In this document: one piece after another, positions 24,010-36,869 of the stretch
Layout: each line of letters starts with the position of its first letter
Position numbering within the stretch: position 1 is the first letter of the stretch
Source of the DNA: Iphione sp. A-MEVVRFRX5
Lineage: Eukaryota
Assembly: GCA_976226885.1 (NCBI GenBank)
Contig: OZ320313.1
Coordinates: 68,696,001 to 68,760,000, forward strand
Direction of reading: 5' to 3'
DNA: 64,000 nucleotides
The notes under the pieces: generated by a model
The model's input: only the letters and a program-made list of their open reading frames with translations
What the model was told of the DNA's origin: nothing
Databases searched by the model: none
Made by a program: the position numbers and the translations under genes

Positions 24010-27000
24010 TCATTTCCTCTACTTCACAGATGAAGGAAACATCTTCCTTATCCGGGAGATCAATAGGAGCCCTCGACACTGCATCTGCAATTGTTTGGTC
24101 CTTTCCTGGAACATGCACTATCTTAGGGCAGTAGCACATCATTCTGAGCCAGAACCGTAGGATCCTGGGTGGCATCTGGGATAAATTCTTAGATGACAGG
24201 ATTGGGACCAGAGGCTTGTGATCTGTCTGGAGTTCGAATTCGAGTCCAGTGACATAGTCCTTGAACTTCTCACAGGCCCATACTGCAGCATTTTTTCACA
24301 AGATGTTCTTCACAGTTTGAACGGCCCTCTCTGCTTTTCCAATAGCTTGTGAGTGCAGGGAGATGAGGTCACATGTGTGAATCCGTATTTGGATGCAAAA
24401 GATTTAAAGAGATCTGACGAATATTGTGGCCCATTGTCAGACACCACAATGTCAAGGATGCCATGGGTGGTGGAGATACTCTTTAGTGCTCGTATGGTTG
24501 TCTGTGATGTTGTCACCTCCAGGTAGCAGACTTCGATCCATCTTGAAAAATAGTCCACGACTATGACATAGTTGCTTTTCTCAAATTCAAATAGGTCCAT
24601 TCCAACACTCTTTCATGGACGGCTAGGGAAGGAAGAAGGCATCAGTGGTTCCTTCTTCTTTGGATAGAGTTTGGAGCAGACACCAAACTTGGTAACCATT
24701 TCCTCAATGGTTTTGCTCAGGAGAGGCCACAAAACGGTTCCTTGGGCTCTTACCCAACATTTGCTAATGCCCAGATGACCCTGGTGCAGCTGATCAAGCA
24801 CCTCAAGTTGAAGAGCTCTGGGTATAACAATGTGGCTGCCATACATTAGCAGGTTGTTGATGATAGCCAGGTGTTATTGGTTTTCCCAGTAAGGGCATAG
24901 TAAGGGCAGCTCCAGCATATATATAGGCCATCCTGATGTGCAGAACCTTTTCACTTCAGAGCATTCAACATTGGCATCTTGTGCTGTCTTGATTTCTCTA
25001 AGACAGGTTTCTGTTGCTGGTAAGACAGCTACTGCCTTAGCTGCAAACTCCTCTACTTCTTCAATCAACGCAATGTCCATCTGACTTGGTACACTGACTG
25101 GTGCATGCAATAGTGCATCAGCTGTCACTTGGTACTTTCCCTGCACATGGACAACCTTCGGGTTGAAGCGCATCATCCTCAGCCTAAATCTCAATATTCT
25201 GGGAGGCACCTTGGACAGATCAGTGGTTAAGAGGAGTGGGACTAGAGGCTTGTGGTCTGTTTCAAGCACGAAGTGTAGTCCCATAATGTACTCGGCGAAT
25301 TTCTCACACACCCATGTTGCAGCCAAAGCCTCTTTCTCAATGACAGCATATCTTGACTCTGTATCACTGAGCGATCGGCTACCATCTTCATCTACCTGTA
25401 GTAGCACTGCCCCCAGTCCATCTTTGCTTGCATCTGCCGCAACAATGGTTTGGCGAGTTAGGTCATAGTGGGTGAGTGTATCAGCAGAGGACAATTTCTC
25501 CTTGATTTCCTTGAAAGACTTCCTAAGAAGCTGATGCAGTGGTTCATTAGTGCTTGCCAGACCTGGAAGGAACTTAGCAAGTTGGTTTACCATTCCATTA
25601 AACCTCTGCAACTCAGTGACATTCATAGGTGGGGGAAACTCTCGTATTGCTTTTGTCTTGGTTGGGTCAGCTTTGAGTCCTCCAGCTGAGATGATGTGGC
25701 CTAGGAATCTAATCTTCCTTTTTGAGAATTCGCACTTGCTGTTTAGTGTGATCCCTGCTTTCTGGAGTCGTTGAAGGACTCTCTGACTTTCTAACTCTCT
25801 CATTGTGCTCTGTCTCATTCTGTCTATAGATCAGCACATCATCTATGTCACAGATGACACCCTTGCCTTCCAGGTCCTGTAGAATAGTTGACATGGTTTG
25901 CTGAAACATTTCTGGAGCAGAGGTTATTCCAAAGGGTAGGCAGTTGAAACAATACATCCCAAAGGGTTCTGATGAAGGTAATTTGGAGCCTTGAATCACT
26001 ATCAAGTGGAATCTGCCAAAACCCGGAGTTGGCATCAAGCTTCGAATAGATTGTGCTTCCTCGCAACTGCACCAGGTTTTCATCCACTGACTTTATGGGA
26101 TGAATCTCTCATCAAACAGCCATGTTTACTGATGTCAAGTCCACACAAATATGCACCTTGCCATTAGGTTTTGGAACTGGGACCATTCCTGAACACCACT
26201 GTGTTGGTTCTGTCACCAGTAAAATGACCCCTTGTTCCAGCATCGTTTTTAGCTCTGCCTCAACTTGGGGGAGTAGGGGATGTGGCACCTTCCTGGCTGT
26301 GTAGAGGCATGCTGGCTCTGTGTCTTGGCATAGAGATATAATGTAGTGTATGCATGTCATAGGAGCGTATAGCGTTAGAAGGATGGTTGGTCTGTGAGAA
26401 CGGTCCGTAACGGAATCCGTGATCCGGGATGGGGTGTGATCCGTGACGACTTCCGGACCAGTAGAGTTACTGCGTAGTAGAGGTACCTCACGGATTGTGA
26501 TGCTGCGTAGTAGGGGTACTGCGCAGATTGTTTATTTGCTGCGCATAAGCAGGTGTCTAGACATCCTATTTTTAGCGACTCTTATGTAACACTGTCATAT
26601 ATAAACCCATGTTTTCTGGAATAAACAGACCCTTTCTCTTTGCACACACGAGAGAGACCATTCCATGCACAACGATTTAGTGTATATTGGAGTGAAACTT
26701 ATATTCTACTTTTTCTCAAGATTATTTTTACTCGGTCCGTTGACTTCTCATTTCTCTCTACGCTAGTCACGTTACAATATGATGTGCGTCATTGAGCTTT
26801 CCAAGCCCCTTGAAAAGCTGAGGGTATTCATCTCTGAAGTTTGGAGTTCTCTCATTGACCTCGTACACCATCTCAGATACTGTTATCAGCCCCAGTGCTT
26901 CACACACTTTCTTGCTGGGTAGTGATGTCCCTGGGTTCTTCAAGACTTAAATTGTCTCCTGGTGCTCCTTGTCTTGAAGATGCAGGGTACTGTCAAGGGC

Positions 27001-28250
27001 ACCCAGGATCTGTAGCTTCGTTCCACCAGGCCCTCCTAGCTGCTGCTTTGTTGGTAGGAGCTTGCAGCCTGTCAGTGATTTATCCTTACCACTGAGAACT
27101 GTTACTTCTGCACCTGTATCCAGCTTGAATTCAGTAGTGCGTCCATCAACTGAAACAACTGCAGACCAGAATTCCTTTCACCTCAACAAGGAAGGGTATT
27201 TCACCATCATATTCATACTTGTGCTTTGTGTACTTTCAGGGCCTTAGACTTGCACATAGCCTGAAAATGACCTTTTTTGCCGCAGGAGTTGCATGACGTG
27301 TTTTTGGCTTCGCATAGATGTCATGGATATGATGGACAACCACACCAACTGCACTTCCCATTGGATGACTTCTGTCCATCCGCTAATGCCCTCTGTCCAT
27401 GCTGAGGTCTTTACATCTTACAGGGCCCATGCTGTTTCTTGTTTCCCTTCTTTCTCTGTCCGCACACATAGTCAACATCACCCATACTGTGTGACTCCTT
27501 GGTGCCATCAGTCTGTTGTTTGTGTGTACGGGACAACTCACAAGCCCACATAGTCTCAATGTATCTATTGTGATCAGGAACAGGACACGAAGAAGGCAGT
27601 CACGAGCGACAGTGTCTGTTGTACTGATAACGAGATGGTCGCGTATAAGACTGTCTTTCAGTTCTTCAAATTCACACGAGGTTGCAAGTTGTTGTAGCCT
27701 AACCACATACTCGTCAATGGTCTCATTGCCCAGTTGGTTGGCTGAATTAAACATAAAACACTCGAATAGGACATGATGTTGAGGGATAAAATGCTCTCTA
27801 AGATGTTTGATAATTATTTCTAGCTTCTTCTTATCCTTGTCACACACAGTTGGATGGGATTTCATAATTTTTAGGCATTCAATACCCATCACAGAACAAA
27901 GTGTTGCTGCTGCTTGAATTTGACCATGCTTTCTCACAGTATTGTCATCATTTTTATTTTCTCTCCTAGCCCTGTTGCTTTCAAATAATATTGCTACATA
28001 TTGTCAAAATCCCTCCAGTTCTCTGTGATGTCCCCCTTTATCTTCATAGGAGCTGTGGCAGGGATTTGGTATGCAGTCATGATGACAATATACACAGGCT
28101 TGTTCACTCCTGAACACTGCATGGATAGCAGGGCCTTCTCTTTGACTGGCATACACAGTATGACTGACACTATACTGTGTGATATGACTGACACTATACT
28201 GTGTGGCACTATACTTTGGTATTAAACAGTCATTTGGCAAATTCAAATTT
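24010..28250 (-). mobile_element. Decayed Ty3/Gypsy LTR retrotransposon (gag-PR-RT-RH-IN), truncated and nested
   Basis: gag (IRDHLVIST, 27383-28209), zinc knuckle CNSCGKKGHF, protease KLDTGAEVTV, RT (WCSGMVPVPK, SKLDANSGFWQI, LPFGITSAPE, DIDDVL), RH (ADASKDGLGAVLLQ, ETDHKPL), IN (LHQGHLGISKC, VVDYFSRW, VSDNGPQY). Many frameshifts. Confidence 0.92.
26342..26776 (+). mobile_element. Solo LTR (435 bp) inserted in the Gypsy pol
   Basis: TGTAG...TTACA ends, TATA-like tatataaa and AATAAA inside, 4-bp TSD ATAA/ATAT. Removing it restores the host frame GLGKLNDAHHISLCQD. Confidence 0.8.
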
Positions 28251-28519
28251 ACAGGCCTAAGTCACATAATCAATCAGTCAAGAATACAGTAGTTATGTTG
28301 ACTTAGCTACTCTAGTGGTGGTGATTTCTTTCAGGGATGGTGACTTCTTTGAGCTGCTCATGTGCTCCTTAGATCAGCTCATAGTATCTGCTCCCATCTG
28401 CATTCCTAGTGCTGTCCGGTGTCCTAGACATCTTTCACTGGAGAGGATAAACCCTACCTTCTCATTTATCATCAATATTGAGAAAGAAACGCTTATTAGA
28501 AGGCTAGATTAGGCCCTAG

Positions 28520-28637
28520 CACCATTGCCACCATGTAGGAATAACTAGGGAGAAGCCATGTTGGAAACAGGAAGTAGTTGTCTTTATTCTGATAGCTGGG
28601 ACAAACTGTTTAGTTGTTTACAAACAATCTCACTACA
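28520..28637 (-). mobile_element. Short LTR-like segment with an adjacent PBS-like TGGTGGCAATGG
   Basis: TGTAG..CTACA ends (28534-28637), minus-strand AATAAA, and TGG directly after the 3' CA on the minus strand. Confidence 0.4.
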
Positions 28638-28639
28638 CC

Positions 28640-29030
28640 CACCTCTGAGAAAGAAAGGGGAAGGATGAGAGGGGAGAGAGAGACTCCGGAGAGGGGAGGA
28701 GGGAAAGAGGGAAAGGGGAAGGAGAAAGAGGGAGGAGGAAAAGTAGGGAGAGAGGGAGGTAGAAAAAGAGAGAAGGGAGAGAGGAAGAGGCAGAGGGAGA
28801 GAGAGAGCGGGGGAGGGAGAGAGAGGGAACTGAGGGAGAGAGAGAGGGAGAAAGAGGGGAGAGAGAGGAGAGAAAGAGGGAAAGCAAGGAGAGCAAGTGG
28901 GAGATGGAGAGGGAGAAAGAGAGGGAAGGTGAGGGAAAAGAGCAATAGCAGAGAGAGAGAGACAGAGAGAGAGAGAGAGGGGAGATAGAGCAGGAGGAAG
29001 AAAGGGGCAGAGAAAGGAAGGTAGAGAACC
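28640..29030. repeat. GA-rich low-complexity / microsatellite tract
   Basis: Almost purely A/G. Confidence 0.9.
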
Positions 29031-29439
29031 CCCCCATCTTAAAACAACCAGTGCAAGATGGCACTTGTTAGAAGTCAGAATTCAGACTGTTTATTCACAT
29101 CTGGAAAACCGGTACATTTCCAGGTCTCCCAGTAAACAGAATGCATGTGCAGGAAGAGAAGTACAGCATTACTATGGAATGAGTCTACCTTTTTTTTTAC
29201 AGGACTTCAACTTTTGTTTTAATAAATAGACTGAGGGCATCCTTTTTGCTGGCACTGTTAAATTATTCTACAAGGTCAATCCCTTATAATGGAATGATGT
29301 CCACATTAGCTTGGACCTGGGTTTTGGCACGTCAACTATGAGTGAGCTCCTTGTACTCCTAGCTGCTTTTGTCTTCACTAACTCCACTTGAACTAACCTA
29401 TGGTACAGCCAAGTTAACTGATCTCAGTCAGTTCTAAGA

Positions 29440-29790
29440 TACAAGCTAAGCTTTTCAGACGACTTGACGACATTCTACCGCAGATGATACATTTAAAGCA
29501 TGAATTGAATTCTCGCTGCAATGCCAGCATTACAGTATTGGAGGCTGAGAAGATGAATGACAGCGTAAAGCTAAAGATGGGCATTATGAAAGACTTTTAA
29601 TTTTACATGATCTGCAAATGGCAATACTTTCAGAGCCTTGGATAAAAAGTAGCTCCTAAGCCTGGTTTGCTTTCTAATTGACTGTACCATTGGAATCCAG
29701 GATAAACGGTCATCTATAGTATATCCCAGGAGCTTGCATTGTGACACTCTCTCAAGGGGCTGACCCTCCATTACAAAATTAAGGTTAAAA
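29440..29790 (-). mobile_element. CR1/L2-type LINE RT C-terminal fragment
   Basis: LERVSQCKLLGYTIDDRLSW motif. Confidence 0.75.
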
Positions 29791-30109
29791 GGTTATGTTT
29801 AAATACTGATGCTATTCTGGACAATTCACACTGTGAACAGTCTGTGCGAAATACTCTTGAGATACAAAGTAGCCGGATTCAATGTAGCACCACCTGGATT
29901 TTTTTTATAAAGAAGGCACTTGCCTTGTCTTTATTTCAGATGTTATATGTACAATCTCGTTGTCATTGTCATGCCATTTTTGAGATTTTGACATACAACA
30001 GGAGAATACAAATATAAACTGTAACTTTACAAATAGTAACACGAGGCCTACAAGGGGGTATCGGGGGTATCGTCCGATACCCCCCACAGAAGTCAGGAGT
30101 TCCACCTCT

Positions 30110-30142
30110 CTAGGCCTATAGCCAAGGGTGTATCATGAGAAA

Positions 30143-30186
<44 letters not shown>

Positions 30187-30290
30187 GAGACCTCTGTAAC
30201 CAGGAGTTCCACCTCTCTTACCAAGAGTTCCACCTCTCTCATTTAAGATACCCCCCAAAAGACTGGCTGGCTATGGGCCTGGCCTACCAC
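30110..30290. mobile_element. Small TIR element containing (GA)n
   Basis: AGGCCTATAGCC ... GGCTATGGGCCT inverted ends around a (GA)n microsatellite. Confidence 0.45.
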
Positions 30291-30682
30291 CTAACTATAA
30301 AAGAACTAGAAACTAGAAAACACCATATGCATTGCTACGCATTGCCAATCTAATACATGTATTATATTCATACCATAGGACAACAAACACAAATAGAGAA
30401 ATAATTGACAATTCCAAATATAAATCTAGATTATTATATCAACTATATAAACGTGTAGACACACTTAAATTTGGCCATACTCTCACCATCATTTTAGAAA
30501 GGCTGCCTTACAAAAAATCAAATGCTATAATCAAGTTTGGCCATAACCTCAGTACTCCAATTAAACACAGAAGCCTTATACATATTAAAAATACTCCCAT
30601 TTCACGTAAAAACAACATAATAGAAAGACCTCCAAGATGTAAGTATTAGGAAAATAACTATGATATCCAAAGCAATACATTT

Positions 30683-31526
30683 TTAAAAAGACATTAAGTG
30701 TTCATAAACCTGCAGCCATACTCTCCTGCGTTTACCAGTAGTGGCATAAGAAGATAAATTAGCCAATTGCAATAAATCAGAACGTAAGACATCAAAATCT
30801 AAAATGTTGTCATGGAAAGATATTTGATGCATAATAACAAATTTAGTCTGCAACATCAATGCTTTAAGTATCCAATCATAACGTGTCTGATGGTATATTC
30901 CAAATAAAAATTCTGGCACTGAAAGTGAATCATATACATTCTTGGAAAAGGCTCCAAACCATTGAAAGAATTGTTTCCACAGGAGTAGCACTTTCGGACA
31001 GAACACAAGGTAATGTTCATATCATCAAATTGTTGGCAACAAGGACATAACGGAGAGGAATGAATTCTAATTTGACACAAAAACACTTGACAGGGAACAA
31101 TCCTGTGGAGTAGTTTAAACTGGAATGATTGTAGTTTTGTGGATGTGGTGACCTGGAAGGGTAGATGAAAAATATCCTCCCACTCAGGGAGAGGGGTAGC
31201 AGGAGTAGAATACTAAAGTCCCATTTTTGTGTAGCTTTAGCAGGAGGAGACTTGTCCTTAATCAGACACCAATAGATCATTTTGGCAGACATCCCATGAA
31301 TGTCAACGTCTTCCAGAAATAATGATATATACAGTGCCTCTTCCTTAAAGTCAGCAGGCCGGTCCCACAGTAGGCTCATGTAAGTAGGTGGAAACAAGTC
31401 CCTCAAAGTCTGAAACATGTCCATGGTGAGATTCATAGAGTGAAGTTGATTGATTTCCTTTAAATCCCTCCAATAGTGTTGTATATTGTACTGTGTTGTG
31501 AGACCTGAATAAAAGGATTCCGCCAT
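30683..31526 (-). mobile_element. L1/Tx1-like LINE ORF2 3' fragment (C-terminal zinc-binding domain), frameshifted
   Basis: KSPPAKATQKW...; SPLCPCCQQFD..; FCPKVLLLWKQFFQWF; FLFGIYH..WILKALMLQTKFVI. Confidence 0.75.
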
Positions 31527-31540
31527 CTTGAATCCAACAT

Positions 31541-34519
31541 GTGAGTTGCTCCCTTATTTACTCCATCTTTTGCCCACAAATACAACATTCTGGCAATGAA
31601 GATGGGATAGTTTTAGGGTCACATGATACATCCACGTGTCTGTTCATCAAGAGCAAGTGCTTTAACTGTGGTAAGATTGGATACATCTGTGCTGGTTGCC
31701 ATCAAGTGTCAGATGGAGATTCTTCCAAAGGAAAGAGTGGTGCTGGTAAATTCAGGAAGCACCAGGTCAAAGCTCATCAGGTTGAGGGTGAGTGTGTCTA
31801 CGATGAGACTGGAGCACTGTACAGTGTGTTGCAAAGTGAGCTGAGCACTGAGGTAAAAGTGGAGATGTGTGTCAAGTAAATCTGTCAATTTCACCCTGGA
31901 CACAACTGCAACAGTGACTGTCATCTCTGAAGATGAATACAAGGAAAAGTTCAGTGACATTAAGTTATGACCGACTAATGTCAAGTTAAGGGGATATTCC
32001 AGCGCACCCATTCCTGTGCTGGGAGAAATTCTGGTGGATGTCAAGTACGAGGGACAAGTGCAGTCTCTCTGTCTACTTGTGGTGACTGGTAGTTGTGTGC
32101 CCCTACTCGGACGTGAGTGGTTGAGAAGGATTCAGCTGAACTGGAAGGAACTATTCTACATGAGTAGTAGTTCTTTGGTCAAGGGACTGTCCCTATCTAG
32201 GATATTAGGGAAGTATCATGTGGTGTTTGATGCATCAGCAGGCAATATCTCTGGGTTCAAGGATGACATCCATGTTAAGGATGATGCTGTTCCCATCTTC
32301 CATCATCCAAGACCAGTGCAATATGCTTTACGTGAGTCAGTTGGAAAGGAACTTGACAGACTGGAGTCATCAGGAATGATCACCAAGGTGGAGCATAGCC
32401 AGTGGGCTTCTCCAATTGTAGTAGTACCCAAGAAGGCTGAGGGAAAGGTACACATCTGTGGAGACTACAAGCTCTCAGTCAACAAGGTGGTTGAAGATGA
32501 GCCGTACCCTTTTCCTAATACAGAGGATTTGTTTTTGAGCATTTCTGGTGGGATGTTCTTCAGTAAGTTAGATCTGTCAAATGTGTATCAGCAACTGCTA
32601 TTAAACAACAAGTCGAAGAAGCTGTTGTCCATCAACATGCACCGTGGGTTGTACCAGTATGAGAAGTTGGTGTTCGGTGTGAGTACAGCACCAGCCATCT
32701 TCCAAAACATGATGGACCAAATTCTGTATGGATTGAGTGGTGTATGCTGTAAACTTGATGACATCCTCATCAGTACCAGATGCGAGAGTGAGCATCATCA
32801 ATTTTCACAAGGAGGTTCTCCAACATTTGAAGAAGCACAACATCAAGTTGAGACACGAGAAATGTAAGTTTGGAATGTCAAGCCTGGTGTACCAAGGCCA
32901 CATCATTTACAAAGAAGGACTTCATCCTACTCCAGATAAGGTAGAAGCTGTGTTGAAAGCGAAGACTCCCGAGAATGTGTCTGAGCTACGTACATACTTA
33001 GGTATTGTGAACTATTACGCATATTTTTTTGCAAAATTTAGCTAAGTTTGCACCATTGTACAAGTTATTGAAGAAAGAAGTTCTGTGGAGGTGGTCTGCT
33101 GAGTGTCAAGCAGCCATGGACTGTGTGAAGCAACACCTGACAAGTGACAGGTTGTTGGCACATTATTATGTCAATCAACTAATCAGTATTGCGTGTGATG
33201 CATCACCAGAAGGTATTATTGCTGTCATCTCACACACCATGGATGATGGGACTGAGACGCCGATCACATATGCATCACGTACCCTTGCATAGGCAGAAAA
33301 AGGGTATGCACAGATTGAAAAGGAAGTCTTGGGCATCGTGTTTGGTGTTGGGAAGTTCCACAAGTATTTGTATGGACGTTGTTTCATGCTTATCATGGAT
33401 CATAAGCCTCTGAGCATGATATTTGGGCTGAAGACTGGGGTGCCAACATTGGCTGCATTGAGACTTTAGCGTTGGAGTCTAATACTGATAGCATATCAGT
33501 ATGAAATCAAGTATCAGAAGTCTGGTGAGCATGGAAATGCAGACATGTTGTCTCGATTTCCACTCTCTGGGTCAGACTTTGCGACTGAATTGGAAGTCAA
33601 TTACTTCATGTACATGAATGATCTGCCAGTGTCCACTGGCAACATTTCTGAAGAGACTCGAAAGGACCTGGTGCTATCACGTATGTGGTACCATGTGATG
33701 ACAGGTTGGCTAGAGAAAGTGAGTGATGAATCTTTGGAGCCGTATTTCCATCAAAGGAATGAACTGTCAACGGACAATGGTTGTATCCTGTGGGGACTAA
33801 GGGTTGTCATACCACCGAAGTTCAGAGAAAGACTGCTGACTGAGTTGCATTCTGACCTAATTTGGATTGTCCGGATGAAGTCAGCAGCTCGGTCCTATTG
33901 TTGGTATCCAGGACTGGATAGTGAGATTGAATCAGTTATGGCAAGTTGCCCAGTCTGTGCTAAGTGTAAAGCCTCACCAAGTAAGGCACCAATCATTACA
34001 TGGAAAACAGCAGCGCAACTATGGAAATGTGTGAATATCGACTTCTTCGAGTTGAAAGGCAGTAATTATCTGCTATTAGTTGATGCCTATTCGAAGTGGA
34101 TGGAGGTAGCACCAGTAGGCAAAACAACATCAAGCAAAACAATCAAAGTACTGGGTGCATGGTTTGCGAGGTTTGGTCTGTCTCGAGAAATTGTGTCAGA
34201 TAACAGACCACAACTTGTATTGAAGGAATTTAAGGGTTTTCTCAAGAAGAATGGGATGAAACACAGCTTGTCACCGCCATACCATCCACAGTCCAAAGGT
34301 GCAGCTGAACATCAGGAAGCACTGAAGAAGCGCATGATGAGTGACCTGAAGCACCTTCTCGTTCACATACCAGAACACACCACATAGTGTCACCGGAAGA
34401 ACACTAGCAGAACTCATGTTGAAATGTCAAGTTTGTACTAGGTTCAGCATGTTTTAAAGATGTGGAGTCAAAGATTTGTGGTGAGGTGGAGCAGCATAAA
34501 AACAAAATGAAGCTCCGTG
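31541..34519 (+). mobile_element. Decayed Ty3/Gypsy element (gag knuckle-PR-RT-RH-IN)
   Basis: CFNCGKIGY, LLGREWL, WASPIVVVPK, ICGDYK, SKLDLSNVYQQ, FGVSTAPAIFQ, KLDDIL, ACDAS, YASRTL, LHSD..MKSAAR..C..C, VDAYSKW, VSDNRPQ, SPPYHPQSKGAAE. Stops and frameshifts present. Confidence 0.92.
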
Positions 34520-36401
34520 TGTAATATTCCCTTGCTGGGTAATAATAAGACAGATTTAACTTGGTTTTCTACTCCTTTACTGCACTGCACATGTGGTGTT
34601 ACTCCATGGCTCCTGGGTGGTGGTGTCTCACTCAATATTCACCCCTAACATGTTACCCGGTGGTACTGGTACACTACATCCCTTCCTTTCTTCAGAAACA
34701 AAACTTCCTATCATCCCTGACTTCAGATCTACTTCAATACACAGTCATGATGTCTTAAATGACCCAGTGTTCCTATACTACTGAGTTCATAACCTTCCTT
34801 TGATTTCACAGAGTACTGCTCACTGTTGGAATTAGGTGTGCTCTGTGAATCCTTTTTCTTCCCTTTCACAGAAATGAATGTTGCCTCTGCTGTTCCATCT
34901 TTTGTCTTCACTTTCTCATCCTCCTTCTTCCTTGTTCTCTCCTCCCTTGTCACTGTTCTGTCCTCTGTCTTAACAGTTGCATCCTTCAACTTCTTTTTCA
35001 TATTTTTCTGTTCTGTCCTCTGTCTTAACAGTTGCATCTTTCAACTTCTTGTTCATATTTTTCTTCCCCTTTCTCTTCCCCTTCCTTTTTGCATCTTCCT
35101 TCTCAGTTGTGCTAGAATGTTCTTGTCTGATGACATCTTCCGCACCTTTCTCACATTGGCAACATGGTAGCCTCCTCACTTGTTTGGCTCCTAGCCTAGT
35201 TGCCTCATTCACATGAGATTTCCTCTGGACCTCTTTCCAGTTCCCAATGTGAGTGGATACATTGGAGTCCTTCTGTTGAATGTCCATGTCATTCCCTTCT
35301 GCATTAATGGAATGCACTCTTGCTGACATGGGTGGTCCTACACGTAGCAAATTCAACCTCTCTGCAGTCTGTTTACCAAGTAGAGTCCTTCCATTCCCCT
35401 TGATAACAGTAAACTCATCTTGACAATGTTTCTTGCTTGCTGGACACACTATCTCAGCCTCAAATATTCCCAAAACCTCTATGGGCTTGGCTTGCCCATA
35501 CGTAAATAGCTTCTTGTTGGACAGTCGGGACACACACTTTACTCTTTTGCATTTCATCATGTTCCAGGTTGCCTTGTCCATGATGTTACAGGATGCACCT
35601 GAGTCGATCAACACAGATCTCAGGTTGACTCCTCCAACCTCCAGGTCAACCATACCATCCATCTTCTCTGCCCCTACTGCAAAGATGTAATCTCCAACCT
35701 GTCCACTGTTTGACACACCATGATTCACATGATACGTTTTTCCCTCTTCTTGGTACTTCTCCCTCTGTCGTCTCTGTCGAGTGTCTTGGCCCTTGGTGCG
35801 ACAGCATATCGCAAAATATCCCATTCTCCCACATTTGCTGCATTCTTTACCTCGAGCAGGGCATTCCTGATCCTTTGCCAAGTGATCCTTCTTGTTGCAG
35901 CAGAAACATCTCTTTCCGCTGCCATGTCCACTGCTTCCTTCTCTGGTTGCACCTCTGGCTCCCTTGTGTTCCTCCTTGTTCCCCTTTGAGAAGTTACCCT
36001 TCCTGTGTACTGCATTCACTTCAGTTGATGCCTCAGTCCCGGTCATCGACTTCATCTGTGCCTCAACTGCTTCGTAAGCACGTGCAATGTTCTCCAAGTC
36101 CTTCAATGTAGCATTCCCTGTCTTCTCCAAGAACTTGCATCTCAGCCGCTGTTCCCGACACTTGTCGATCAGCTGATCATGGATAGCCTCGTCAACATCC
36201 ATGAACTCACAGGAAACAGCCTTGTGGCGTAGGCGACATACAAACTGATCAACTGTCTCCCCAGCTCCCTGCTCTAGTTGACGGAACAGGTGCCTCTCGA
36301 ACGGTACATTGACAGTCAGTACAAAGTGTGCGTCTAGTCGATCAATACACTCCTTGAGGGACATACCCATCTCCTCAGGTACAAGAGTGTAAAACACCTC
36401 C
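34520..36401 (-). mobile_element. Internally deleted Gypsy element: gag-protease ORF joined to the post-integrase tail, PPT and a 159-bp 3' LTR
   Basis: ORF 34970-36484 has PFERHLFRQLEQ, DQLIDKC, CCHC knuckles and LIDSGASCN, then switches to a K/E-rich tail. PPT GAAGAAAGGAAGGGA precedes the LTR TGTAG...TTACA (34678 to 34520). A ~50-bp tandem duplication lies at 34955-35060. Confidence 0.85.
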
Positions 36402-36707
36402 TGTAACTGCGTGGCTGCGGCACCGCGGCATACAAGGGGTGCTGCGGCACAGGTGGATTGGACTGGTAGGGTGCAGCGGCACACCCCCGTGCGGCACTCG
36501 TAGGGGTGCTGCGGAGTAGGAGGGGTCCGGTACCCGGATGCTGAAGAGACTGGGGATGGGTATATAAGGGAGTTGGCCCCTCGGGCAGTTCAGATTACGT
36601 TTGGTGCTCACTGTTGGTGCTCACTGTTGATGCTCATAATTGCTCTTACTGAATAAACCTCATTACCTTAACTGGAGTTATGTCTTACTTGCGGAGCGGA
36701 CGTTACA
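36402..36707 (+). mobile_element. LTR (306 bp) truncating the gag 5' end; no TSD
   Basis: TGTAAC...GTTACA ends, tatataagg, AATAAA. Flanks CCTCC and CTATT differ. Confidence 0.7.
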
Positions 36708-36869
36708 CTATTAACAATGGTCTGCATTTAAAAAAAGTTAGTTAAAGTAACTTTCCAAACTCTAATATCATTGTTTTTTGGATGACATGTTCACTCTGAT
36801 ATAGCAATATATTTATCAGATATCTCAATATTAACAGGATTCAATTTTTCACCTAAAAGTTAAAGGCTG

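Noticed and set aside
24027-24056. CAGATGA-AGGAA..TTCCT hammerhead look-alike near the Penelope remnant
   Set aside because: It is the reverse complement of Gypsy coding sequence (DVSFICEVEE), and the core is not CTGATGA/GAAA.
28610-29064. 100-140 aa ORFs in GA-rich DNA (also 8880-9336, 15989-16405, 53612-54124)
   Set aside because: Translations of microsatellite or low-complexity tracts.
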